Source: Dysgonamonadaceae bacterium (GTDB taxonomy: Bacteria; Bacteroidota; Bacteroidia; Bacteroidales; Dysgonomonadaceae). From it: a stretch of DNA of 64,000 bases. The position numbers were made by a program, and so were the translations under genes. Location of the stretch: contig JAISUH010000003.1 of NCBI GenBank assembly GCA_031272205.1, positions 23,928 through 87,927 on the forward strand. Direction: 5' to 3'. The first letter of the stretch is position 1, and each line of letters starts with the position of its first letter. This document shows, one piece after another, positions 30,657 through 40,214 of the stretch. Below the pieces are notes generated by a model. The model saw nothing but the letters and a program-made list of their open reading frames with translations. It searched no databases and was not told where the DNA came from.

Positions 30657-32102
30657 TCACTTTTTGGTTGATTCATAGATCTCAGGCACATCCATTAATG
30701 TGCGTTCGAACATTTTTTGTCCTCCTATTTCGTTGGGATGATGATAGATATCACCCCAACCGTTGGTGTAATTTTCCCAATACATCATGGATTTATCCAC
30801 CTCCTTGCCGTCGCCGTTCAGCGAGGTTGCCCAGTCGAATTTACAGCCTTTCAATCCGTATTTTTCACGTATCTTAGCGATCAAGAGATTGATTTCTACC
30901 TGAGTGCCGCTCTCATTGCAAGGTACGTTATTCAATATCGGTATAGCTCCATGCAACCGGATGTATTCCACCAATTGGCTGAGTTTGGCCTCTGTATTCC
31001 CGCCGTTGGTACCGATGCCTACCATAACATATTCGGTTTCAATGAAAGGCAATTCGTTTTTAATGTAATCAAGCACGGTGTCAATGGTTCCTCCTCCGCG
31101 TCCGCTCGACATGCCGTTGCCATTTAATCGACTGATAATCTGTTGTGTCCAAGATTTCTGGAAATCCGCCGTTGGGAAATAACCTTCCGGTTGGCTGACA
31201 GAATCGCCGTAGATTAGCAGTTTAACCTTACTTTTCAGGGCAAGCACCGTGATTTTTTTCACAAGCATCGATGTTCCGCTTTGCAGCCCAAAGCAATAGT
31301 AATCCCATTGCATTCCTACGCTGAATCCCGGATTGACAACGCCCTGTCCAACGCCGCCCTGTCCGTCCATAGTGGCGGAAACTTCAGCCGACTCGCCACT
31401 TTGCACATCGGTGATTTTCACCTTCGACTGCTGATAAATATGGTAAATTTCAATCAAGTAATCGGAGTCGGCTTTCAAGAAACTCGCCGAGGTTTGCGTT
31501 ACCGGTGAAGTGGCGATGGAAATGCGTTTGTTGGGCACATCAATACAGGCATTAAAATCGCCCTCGCTGCTTTTAAAGAGGGCTTTGGCATCGGCCGAAA
31601 AACGCACTGTGTATTGCACTTTACGTTCGGCTAAAGCATAAAATTTGTTGAGTTTCACCGTATTGGATCCGGCGGTCAAGCTCAATCCATTTTCGGTCAA
31701 CTGACCGGCGCCGTTCAACAACAGTTCGGAAAAGGATCCTTTATTGCTCAGTGTTTTGTCGTAAAGCGTACCTGTCACGACGGGGTCGGGCGGGTTCACT
31801 TTGACGGCTACATCTGTTTTCACGTTGGCGTAACCCACCGTAACAACCGTTTCACCGACAGCAACAGCCGAAACCAGCCCGTTGCTGACGGTGGCCACGG
31901 CAGGATTGGCTGACATCCACTGAAAGGTCAGTTCTTTGGCTGTTGCAGGCAAGGGTGATGCTTTCAATTGCTCGCTCTCGCCCACTTTCAATGTTAGCGA
32001 TTCTTTGCTGACATGGATGCTATCCGGCTTGTAGGCTTCCGATATATCTTCTTTTTTGCAGCCTGTCGGCATTAAAAGCAAAAGAAATAGCAATATCTTC
32101 AT
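30657..32102 (-). CDS. Lipoprotein with a Big_2 Ig-like domain and a C-terminal SGNH/GDSL hydrolase (esterase)
   Basis: The start at MKILLFLLLLMPTGCKKED avoids overlap with the upstream gene. Big_2 text: QWMSANPAVATVSNGLVSAVAVGETVV. GDS block: LLIYGDSVSQ. Confidence 0.7.
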   Translation of the reverse strand: MKILLFLLLLMPTGCKKEDISEAYKPDSIHVSKESLTLKVGESEQLKASPLPATAKELTFQWMSANPAVATVSNGLVSAVAVGETVVTVGYANVKTDVAVKVNPPDPVVTGTLYDKTLSNKGSFSELLLNGAGQLTENGLSLTAGSNTVKLNKFYALAERKVQYTVRFSADAKALFKSSEGDFNACIDVPNKRISIATSPVTQTSASFLKADSDYLIEIYHIYQQSKVKITDVQSGESAEVSATMDGQGGVGQGVVNPGFSVGMQWDYYCFGLQSGTSMLVKKITVLALKSKVKLLIYGDSVSQPEGYFPTADFQKSWTQQIISRLNGNGMSSGRGGGTIDTVLDYIKNELPFIETEYVMVGIGTNGGNTEAKLSQLVEYIRLHGAIPILNNVPCNESGTQVEINLLIAKIREKYGLKGCKFDWATSLNGDGKEVDKSMMYWENYTNGWGDIYHHPNEIGGQKMFERTLMDVPEIYESTKK

Positions 32103-32103
32103 T

Positions 32104-33420
32104 TTACGGTATGTAATTAACATTTGTTTTTTCAGATTCAAGATTGAAATGATTTATCGTACTTATTGACAACCTTGCAGCTGCATTTGTCAGTCCCTCT
32201 ATACGATATTTCATATCGGGAACGTTTATCGGGATGGTGTTATCGCCGTTGGTGTCGAATTTTTGGAAGGCGCCGTTAGCCGGCAGTTTTCCGACTAAAA
32301 TCCCGTCCTTGTAAATGTTGAAGCACAGGATTCCCGATTCAATATCGGCGTCGGCTTCCCATGTAATTTCAAGTGCATTGCTTCTCCATTTTACGTTTAC
32401 ATTGAACGGCGGAGGCGGAGGCGTTTTATCGGTTACCTTTCCGGTCGAAACAAATTCTTTCCAGTTTTTTGCCGTTGCTTCGTCGGGAAGCACACACAAG
32501 GCCGATTTGTCGCCTGTGAAGGTCTGCTCTCTGCATAATTCCAATGTCAGCGTATCACTAAGCCATGTTTGCGAACGGTCGATGTTCCGCATAGCGGAAT
32601 CGTTATGTTCCGGCATACGTTGTTTCATCACCGCTTCGTAGAAAGGTAGAGCCATATAGCGTAAATAACTGAAATTGTGGTTTTGTTCGGCGTTGCAGGC
32701 AATGATGGCGGGTGCATCCATAGTCCGCAATTTGAGGAAAGAATGGGAAGCCGTAGCCCAGCACAGAGAGGATGCATCGCCATCGTTGGCCGCGGCATGG
32801 CGAAGCAACACCGGTATGTCGGCCGTTGCTGCCGGATAGTCCCACTGAGGATCCCATGCAGCCGAATAACAAACCGCGGCCATGATTCGTTCGGGATACG
32901 ATTTCAACATGGCTAAGGTCCAATAGCCGCCTGCCGAATGTCCGAAAAGCAGCAGGGGAAGCGTATTCAACTCCGGATGATCTGTTGCCTTTCCGGTGTC
33001 GTTCAGGGCTTTAAACAAGGCGTTTGCCGAGCCTGAATCGGGGTCTCTCCAAGCGCCGCAATTGCCGTAAAGCGCCGTTTCGACGACTGCCAACTGCCAT
33101 TTTCGTGCAAAAGTCTGATACTGCAAATCGTAGGGGCGTGTAATTCCGAACTGCTCCATGCCGCAACCGTGCTGCAATACCAACACGCCACGCAAGGTCG
33201 CCGTTTTCGTCGGTATGTAAATACCGTAGTCGGCATGATCGGCAAACGGACAATCGGCACCGCGCAAAGTTATCCGTACAATGGTATCGCTGTAAGTGCG
33301 CTTCGGGACAGCTTCAGCCTCAACAGCAACGTTTGCGCCAACATCCTCATAGTGAACGCCGCCGTAACAGCTTGTTAGGCCGAATATGCTTGCTCCTGTC
33401 AAAATAAATATTCTAAACAT
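32104..33420 (-). CDS. Alpha/beta-hydrolase esterase lipoprotein with a C-terminal FN3-like domain
   Basis: Lipobox GLTSCYGG, nucleophile elbow GHSAGG, and a PPPPPF linker followed by a beta-rich tail. Confidence 0.65.
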   Translation of the reverse strand: MFRIFILTGASIFGLTSCYGGVHYEDVGANVAVEAEAVPKRTYSDTIVRITLRGADCPFADHADYGIYIPTKTATLRGVLVLQHGCGMEQFGITRPYDLQYQTFARKWQLAVVETALYGNCGAWRDPDSGSANALFKALNDTGKATDHPELNTLPLLLFGHSAGGYWTLAMLKSYPERIMAAVCYSAAWDPQWDYPAATADIPVLLRHAAANDGDASSLCWATASHSFLKLRTMDAPAIIACNAEQNHNFSYLRYMALPFYEAVMKQRMPEHNDSAMRNIDRSQTWLSDTLTLELCREQTFTGDKSALCVLPDEATAKNWKEFVSTGKVTDKTPPPPPFNVNVKWRSNALEITWEADADIESGILCFNIYKDGILVGKLPANGAFQKFDTNGDNTIPINVPDMKYRIEGLTNAAARLSISTINHFNLESEKTNVNYIP

Positions 33421-33435
33421 GTTGCGGATTTTAGA

Positions 33436-35214
33436 TTACTGCCATGCTTCCGGTTGGGTCATTCCTGTCATTTTTTTTGCGTCTTCCAGCGGTATCGGCA
33501 TTACTAAGTATTTGTCGGTATAAGACTGGTAATCGCGAATTTTTTTGCGCTGGTAGCTGAAAGAGCCGTCGTTGCCTTTGGTAATCCTCATACCGGTAAC
33601 AAAGCGATTGGTTTCGTTGAGTATTTTCCATCGGCGCTGGTCGTGGAAACGCCATCCTTCGAGGCAAAATTCCACCCTGCGCTCGTTTCGGATACGTTGA
33701 CGGAGGAAATCCTGCGACTTCACAAAACCCGGCACGTCTTCGATTTTCGGTTGCAGAGCGCGTTCCCTGACCTTATTGAGCGAGGTGATGGCGCCATTGA
33801 GGTCGTTCAGTTCGCAGAGCGCCTCGGCATGATTGAGGTAAAACTCGGCCAGACGGAAGAACACCCAATAGGAATATACATTGCCTTGGCTGCCGTTCGG
33901 CCCCCAAAACTTAATATCTTTGTCTTTACGGCTGTAATAACCGGTACACGAGCGTGTTGTTTCCTGCGAAATCACATCGTTGAAGCCGTTAGCCCCGCCT
34001 ACAAAAGTCTCGATGATGTAATCCTGTGTGCAATTGTAGGGAACACCGTAGTTTGCGCCGTTGTACAGGATGTCGATATAGAAGCGGGCGTCGCGGTTGG
34101 AATAAGGATCTCCGCCCCTGTCTTCGCTATAACCCAATGCCGCAGCCTCCGGAGTAACGGTAACTTTGGTGCGGGTGGCATCGTCGTAGATAACGGGCAG
34201 GGCTCCGTTGGTCATCTCGAAGCAGTCCACCAATTCCTGCGTGGGCGATTCGCCACAATTCCACATGCTGTTGATCGTCGCATATTTGTAGGGGCTGACG
34301 TTCACGCCATTGGTGTTGTTGATAGCAGCGTTATTGCTCCATGAACGATAGATAATTTCGGGAATAGCCGTAGAAAACGGACTGGTAAACAGGCTTTTGT
34401 ATTCAGACATGGGAACTAAGCTATACTCCGGCATATTGATAACATCCTGTGCGGCGTCGGCGGCGCGTTGCCATTTATTGTGGTCGTTAGCCGGATTATT
34501 GAGCGGACTGGCATTGTTGAGCAATACTCGCGCACGGATGGCATACGCCATGCCATTGTCCACATGCAGCGCTTCCGAGGTCGGCCGACGGTTAGGCAGT
34601 ATGCCCGAATTAATCACATCTTTCAGTTCATCGGAAATTTTGGTCGCTATTTCGTCGTAAGTCGGACGCACCAAGGTGTTCCACCCATCGTAATCGGGTT
34701 CGAAAGGCTCTTCGACCCAGGGTACGGGGCCGTAAAATTCGAGAAGGTTCATGTAGTACCAGCAGCGCAACACACGCGCTTCGGCGACCCATGTATTGAG
34801 TTCCTGTTCGCTGATAACGGTGGATTGCGGCAAATACTTAATCGCATTGTTCGCTAAACGGATGCCGCGCCAAAAATCGGGCCACAACTGTTCGCTCGGA
34901 GAAGCCCACGGCCAATTGATGACCGGATTGCTCAGCGACAGCGAGCCGTTGTGCCAGTCGTAGGCATTGTACGTTGCAGCCCAAAATGCGTTGTCTGTTA
35001 AACTCTCTATCGGGTTCATCACAAACGAAATCTGGTCACGCAGGGTATATATCTCGCCATACACGACATCAATCAGACCTTTGCATCGGCTATAGTTCGT
35101 CAATACTTTGTCTAAAGTAATTTGACCGTCGGGTGTTTTTTCCAATACGTCTTCACATCCGTAAGGAAGCGCCGCACCCAACATGAATAAGAATAAAAAT
35201 ATTGTTTTTTTCAT
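33436..35214 (-). CDS. SusD/RagB family nutrient-binding lipoprotein
   Basis: Lipobox ALPYGCEDV, 592 aa, immediately downstream of the SusC-like gene. The C-terminal text RRVEFCLEGWRFHDQRRW is typical of SusD. Confidence 0.92.
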   Translation of the reverse strand: MKKTIFLFLFMLGAALPYGCEDVLEKTPDGQITLDKVLTNYSRCKGLIDVVYGEIYTLRDQISFVMNPIESLTDNAFWAATYNAYDWHNGSLSLSNPVINWPWASPSEQLWPDFWRGIRLANNAIKYLPQSTVISEQELNTWVAEARVLRCWYYMNLLEFYGPVPWVEEPFEPDYDGWNTLVRPTYDEIATKISDELKDVINSGILPNRRPTSEALHVDNGMAYAIRARVLLNNASPLNNPANDHNKWQRAADAAQDVINMPEYSLVPMSEYKSLFTSPFSTAIPEIIYRSWSNNAAINNTNGVNVSPYKYATINSMWNCGESPTQELVDCFEMTNGALPVIYDDATRTKVTVTPEAAALGYSEDRGGDPYSNRDARFYIDILYNGANYGVPYNCTQDYIIETFVGGANGFNDVISQETTRSCTGYYSRKDKDIKFWGPNGSQGNVYSYWVFFRLAEFYLNHAEALCELNDLNGAITSLNKVRERALQPKIEDVPGFVKSQDFLRQRIRNERRVEFCLEGWRFHDQRRWKILNETNRFVTGMRITKGNDGSFSYQRKKIRDYQSYTDKYLVMPIPLEDAKKMTGMTQPEAWQ

Positions 35215-35245
35215 GATTTTTCCGTATTATGATATTATAACTCAT

Positions 35246-38200
35246 TTAAAATGAAATATTAATACCTGCATTATAGGCTTTAAACACCGGATAAAGCAGT
35301 TCGTTGTTCTGCTCCGGATCCTGATATTTGACCGGATAACGGTCGAAAGTCAACAGGTTCAGTCCGTTCAGATAAAAACGAACAGCGGAAGAACCGATTT
35401 TTTCGCTCCATCTTTGGGGAAGCGTATATCCCAATTCCATGTTTTTCAAGCGGACGTAGCTTCCATCCCTGAGCCAGAAGTCGCTGCCTTGTTTACTGGC
35501 ATTACTCCCCGGTTCGAGGCGGGGATAGGTGATGGGTAGTCCGGCATCCAACCGTTCTTGACTCCAAGCCTCTTTGTGCCATTCGTTGAAGTTATAGGTT
35601 TCCCAGATACGTTGGCCGGTCAGATAATAACTTCGTCCGGCCACGCCTTGCCACATCATGCTGAAATCGAAGTTTTTGTATTGCAGACTGACTGCAGCTC
35701 CAAATGTCCATTCGGGGACTTCGGGGTCGCCGATAGGCACCTGATCTTCTTCGGTAATGATGCCGTCGCCGTTTTTATCCTTATATTTCAGGTCGCCCAA
35801 CTTAGGCGTAGCTCCGATACCCGACTGGTCGTACCAGTCGAGCAATTCCTGCTCGGTATTAAAAAAACCGGCGGTTTCTAAACCGAAAGGTTGTCCAAGT
35901 CGGTAACCGGTGCTCCGCAGACGGTAAGCGTAAGATTCGGGCAAGAGCACCTCGCTCACGTACAACACTTTATTGCGATTGAATGCCGTATTGGCCTGAG
36001 CGTTCAGGTAAAAATTGTTATTCAGTTGTTTCTGGTAGCCCAGCGTCAGTTCGAATCCTTTGTTTTCGATTTCTCCCGCATTAATTTTGGGCAAGATACC
36101 CGATACATAAACGCCTCCCGTACCAAAAACGCCGGTGGGGACTAACCCTGTAGCCGGAATCAGGATATTGTTGCGCCGTTCGTAGAACAAGTCTGCCGAG
36201 AAATTGAACGAATTGAACAGACGGGTTTCCAGCCCGATATTGTATTTGTCGGCCATTTCCCAAACGAGATTATTATTCCCGATTTGCGACTCATAACTGC
36301 CGCTCCACAATGTAAGAAAAGCAAAGCGTGTGCCGTTCATCTGGTCGTTACCTACCCGTCCGTAGGAAGCGCGAAGCTTGGCAAACGACATCCACGGCAA
36401 AACATCCTGAAAGAAATTTTCTTCCGATGCAACCCATCCAAGCGACAACGATGGGAAAAAGCCCATCTTGTGTCCGGGGGCAAACTGCTCCGAACCGTTG
36501 TAGCCGAAGTTCAGCTCTCCAAGGTATTTGTTGGCATAACCGTAAGTGGCGCGGCCTACAAATCCTATGTAATTGTAGGGCAATTGAATGTTGATGGTAC
36601 GCTGGTATCGGTTGAACAACAACATGGCCGTTACGTTGTGCAGCCCAAAGGCTCGTGCGTAATTGATAGAGGCGTCAATATTGAAAAGGTTATTGAAACT
36701 TTGCTGTTGCGAATCCGACAGCGTGGTATTGGTTTGCGTACCCACCGTGATATAGGAGACTCCGTCGGGCGCAGAGCTATCTTCCATCGCTTCATAAAGC
36801 TGAAAACTCCGTTGCCGGATTTGAACGTTCAGGGATGTAGCGTCGTACGAGGCAACTGCTTTGATAGACAATCCTTTGGTAATAAAATCCAATTTCTGTT
36901 CCACGCCCAGCGTAGTGGTAATTGCTGTGGTTTGCGTGTTACGGAAACCGGTACGGTTGAGCATCCCGTAAGGCACGTTGTTGACATTACCCCCTTTTAA
37001 CGAATTGGAAAGCACTTCGCCGTCGGGGGTCAAGTCGTTGTGGTAGAGATTGGGCGTTTGGAGCAATGATCCGATAAGGATGGAATAAGCGTTGTAATCC
37101 GACAGATAATCGGGATTGAAAGGCACTATCACCGGGTCGTTTTTCTTTTGCATAAATCCACTGATGTTGAGGAACATGTTCAGATTATCGTTCAGGTTGA
37201 TGTCGAAATTCGAACGGAAGTTCACGCGATTGGCCTTTGATTTGGGGTCGTAGTCGTATTCGGTAAATTTTTCGGTAGGGAACAGTCCCTCCTGATAAAG
37301 ATAACCTACGGTTGTAAAATAGCGCATCCGGTCGGTGCCGCCGCTCACGTTTACATTGGCTTTCTCCATAGGGAAGTTATCTTTGGTAAATTCATCGATA
37401 AAATTCCGAACCGGGTACAGTTCCGGGCTGTCGCCGAGGCGATAACGTTCGAGGGCATAGTCGCTGTAAATAGGCTGACGTCCGTTTTGCGTTTCCACTT
37501 GGTTGCGAAGGAGGGCGTAATCGTAAGCTGAAACCATTTGAGGCAAGCGGGTAGGAGATTGTTGCGTATGCTCCAGCGTTACATCGATCACAGGCTTGCC
37601 TGATTTCCCTCGGCGGGTGGTAACCATGATCACGCCGTTAGCGCCGCGCACACCGTAAACGGCGGTGGCAGAAGCGTCTTTCAAGATGGTGATAGTCTCG
37701 ATTTCACGTGGGTCAAGCGCGTTGAAATCGCGCTCCACGCCGTCCACCATCAACAAAGGTTGTTGACCGTTGACCGTACTTCGCCCGCGAATGTAAAACT
37801 CCATCGATTCGCCACCCGGCACGCCCGACCGCTGCAATACGGTCAGTCCGGGCATACGCCCGGCTAACGCAATGCCGATATTGGATGCGGGGGTTTGTCG
37901 CAGCCCCTCTGCCGAAATCGACGTCAATGCAGCCACAACACTTTCTTTCCGTTGTTGGCCATATCCCACGACGACCATTTCGCCAAGTTCGGTTTTCGAC
38001 TCGGTTAACACAACGGTCAGCGTTCGTCGGTTGCCGATAACGATTTCCTTAGAATTGAAACCCACAAAAGAAAATATCAAAACGGATGATTCATTGGGAA
38101 CGGTAAAATTGAAGTCCCCCGAAGCATCGGATGTGGAGCCTTGGTTCGTTCCTTTGAGTACAATCGTTACGCCGGGCAATGAAGCTCCGCTTTCGTCGGT

Positions 38201-38287
38201 TACTCTCCCCTTAACCGAGATTTGCGCCTGAGCCATGACGGCCGACACGAGCAACCCGCATATCAAAAAAATTAATCTGGTTTTCAT
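35246..38287 (-). CDS. SusC/RagA family TonB-dependent outer membrane transporter
   Basis: Carboxypeptidase-regulatory-like N-terminal domain (ISVKGRVTDESGASLPGVTIVLKGT), a plug (VVVGYGQQRKE), and a C-terminal aromatic residue (..INISF). The start is set at MKTRLIFLI. Confidence 0.93.
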   Translation of the reverse strand: MKTRLIFLICGLLVSAVMAQAQISVKGRVTDESGASLPGVTIVLKGTNQGSTSDASGDFNFTVPNESSVLIFSFVGFNSKEIVIGNRRTLTVVLTESKTELGEMVVVGYGQQRKESVVAALTSISAEGLRQTPASNIGIALAGRMPGLTVLQRSGVPGGESMEFYIRGRSTVNGQQPLLMVDGVERDFNALDPREIETITILKDASATAVYGVRGANGVIMVTTRRGKSGKPVIDVTLEHTQQSPTRLPQMVSAYDYALLRNQVETQNGRQPIYSDYALERYRLGDSPELYPVRNFIDEFTKDNFPMEKANVNVSGGTDRMRYFTTVGYLYQEGLFPTEKFTEYDYDPKSKANRVNFRSNFDINLNDNLNMFLNISGFMQKKNDPVIVPFNPDYLSDYNAYSILIGSLLQTPNLYHNDLTPDGEVLSNSLKGGNVNNVPYGMLNRTGFRNTQTTAITTTLGVEQKLDFITKGLSIKAVASYDATSLNVQIRQRSFQLYEAMEDSSAPDGVSYITVGTQTNTTLSDSQQQSFNNLFNIDASINYARAFGLHNVTAMLLFNRYQRTINIQLPYNYIGFVGRATYGYANKYLGELNFGYNGSEQFAPGHKMGFFPSLSLGWVASEENFFQDVLPWMSFAKLRASYGRVGNDQMNGTRFAFLTLWSGSYESQIGNNNLVWEMADKYNIGLETRLFNSFNFSADLFYERRNNILIPATGLVPTGVFGTGGVYVSGILPKINAGEIENKGFELTLGYQKQLNNNFYLNAQANTAFNRNKVLYVSEVLLPESYAYRLRSTGYRLGQPFGLETAGFFNTEQELLDWYDQSGIGATPKLGDLKYKDKNGDGIITEEDQVPIGDPEVPEWTFGAAVSLQYKNFDFSMMWQGVAGRSYYLTGQRIWETYNFNEWHKEAWSQERLDAGLPITYPRLEPGSNASKQGSDFWLRDGSYVRLKNMELGYTLPQRWSEKIGSSAVRFYLNGLNLLTFDRYPVKYQDPEQNNELLYPVFKAYNAGINISF

Positions 38288-38327
38288 AGTACAAATTGAT
38301 TTGTTTTTCATGAACAAATGATCGATC

Positions 38328-40196
38328 TTATAACTCATATTGATAACTCAATCGACCCATAGGCATAACGCTTCCCGACTTGTAGGTATTCATAATATCG
38401 GAAATTCCCGTAACGCCCATGGCTACCTTGAAATAGAGTTTACCGGAGCTACCCAATCCGACGGCGCTGCGCGGCACCGCCAATTGGATAATGTTTTCGT
38501 CTTGCCTGAATGTTGCTTTTCCCGCGTCGGTAACGGAAGTGAAACTGTTGCCGAATTTACCGATAGCGGTTTCTCCGTTCGAAATGCTGCGCCCGATCAC
38601 GTATTCGTAGCTTTCCCATCCTTTCGTTGCAGGGTCGCCCGTGCCGATAAATACGTTCAACCAGTTGTCTTCGCCGTTAAATTCGGTGAATTTTTCCTTG
38701 CCTCGAATGTAGAAATAGATGTTTTGCGCATCGTGCGCTACCCTGATTTCTATCAGCTTGTTGGCAGGGGCCGCCTGAGTATAGCGTACCGTTTGGGAAC
38801 CTCCGAAAGCGTCGCGGGCAATGAATTTCTCATCGGTGTTGCGAATGACATATTGCACATCGTTCCATTGCGATGCGGCGACTGCAAGATCGATGGTCTT
38901 GACCGGATTAGGGGTCGCAGACCCATTTATTCCCTTGTAACGGCGAATGTTGCGGATCAGTTGGAGGTAATAGGCATCCTGATAACCGCCGACCATCGGC
39001 TCAATGTCGCGGGAATACTCTTTGCTGGCGGCGTCGCACAGCATGTATTCGCCGTCGTAGGGCTGTTTGTAGGCAATCCATTCGTTCCAGCCGCCAACGG
39101 AAACCACGGGGGGGGCAATTTCGACCACGCGATCCCATTGTGCCTGAAAATACGGGCCTTTGTCCACATCGGCAGACACATTTTGCTTGCTTGTTACGTT
39201 CCAGCCGCGTCCCCAGTTTATCCAGTTCGGGCGCGAGAGTGAAAAGGACATGGGCACCTTTGGGTGGCTGGCCACGGTTACATTCATCACGCCCGACGCG
39301 GTATGCAAGGGCTGGGGAAAGGACCATTCCACCCACGGAAACCCGTTTGGGAAGACGTTATCGGAAGGCCATTGCGGTTTCAGGAAATGGAAGAAATCGA
39401 GTATGTCGCTGCTAAGCGTGCCGGGCACATAGCTGTTGTCGCCGCGCGATTTAGCCTCCGCCAAATCATCGGCCGCATTGGTATAGGCGATAATCATCGG
39501 TTTTCCGTCCACACAATACCATGTGTCGGGGTATCTGCCCGGCTGGTACAGGGCGGCATAGATCTCCTTCACGGTTTGGAAGGAACGCGAATGGGTGTAA
39601 AATACAACTTTGGGCGGGTTCCATCCGTTTTTCTGCATCTCGTCGATGACCGCCAAAACTTTCATGAACACATTGCTGTAAATCAATGCATTGGTGGTAT
39701 CGAAATAAATAAAATCGACTCCGGCCATGGTAATCATTTGCATTTGCTTGCGGATCACCCACTCATCATCCGAATTGTAATAACCCCACAAGGGTTCACC
39801 CCAATAATGGGCTTGTCCGTTAGGGCTGATAGTAGCATCGTAGGAGTTGAAATCGGTCAGAATTTTAATACCGTTAGGCAAGGCCGCTATTTTGGTTGCA
39901 TCGTAGATGCCTGTGGAATAAGGCTGACCAATCCACGGCCAGAAAAACATACCGACAATGCGGTCTTTTTTAAACGCCGAAACGCTACCAAAACTGCGGC
40001 CGAAATGGTCAACACCCACAAGATTGAAACTGTTATACTTTGCTCCGTCAACGGGAGTGTCGCCGGCGTTGTTGTTCCCCGTATCCGTTTCTTCTTTTTT
40101 CGGAGGCTCAGGCGTGAGCAGGTGCGATTTCGAACACGCAGAGCAGCTGCTTATCGCCATAGTTACAAACAAAAAAACCATCCATCTATTCTTCAT
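38328..40196 (-). CDS. Lipoprotein, putative TIM-barrel glycoside hydrolase of uncertain family (GH99-like/DUF5010-like)
   Basis: Lipobox AISSCSACSK. GEPLWGYYNSDDEWVIRKQMQMITMAGVDFIYFDTTN resembles the PxxGxYxSxDxxVIxxH motif of the GH99/WbsX-type folds. The family assignment is an inference. Confidence 0.5.
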   Translation of the reverse strand: MKNRWMVFLFVTMAISSCSACSKSHLLTPEPPKKEETDTGNNNAGDTPVDGAKYNSFNLVGVDHFGRSFGSVSAFKKDRIVGMFFWPWIGQPYSTGIYDATKIAALPNGIKILTDFNSYDATISPNGQAHYWGEPLWGYYNSDDEWVIRKQMQMITMAGVDFIYFDTTNALIYSNVFMKVLAVIDEMQKNGWNPPKVVFYTHSRSFQTVKEIYAALYQPGRYPDTWYCVDGKPMIIAYTNAADDLAEAKSRGDNSYVPGTLSSDILDFFHFLKPQWPSDNVFPNGFPWVEWSFPQPLHTASGVMNVTVASHPKVPMSFSLSRPNWINWGRGWNVTSKQNVSADVDKGPYFQAQWDRVVEIAPPVVSVGGWNEWIAYKQPYDGEYMLCDAASKEYSRDIEPMVGGYQDAYYLQLIRNIRRYKGINGSATPNPVKTIDLAVAASQWNDVQYVIRNTDEKFIARDAFGGSQTVRYTQAAPANKLIEIRVAHDAQNIYFYIRGKEKFTEFNGEDNWLNVFIGTGDPATKGWESYEYVIGRSISNGETAIGKFGNSFTSVTDAGKATFRQDENIIQLAVPRSAVGLGSSGKLYFKVAMGVTGISDIMNTYKSGSVMPMGRLSYQYEL

Positions 40197-40214
40197 TGTT
40201 ATTTAATTTATAGG

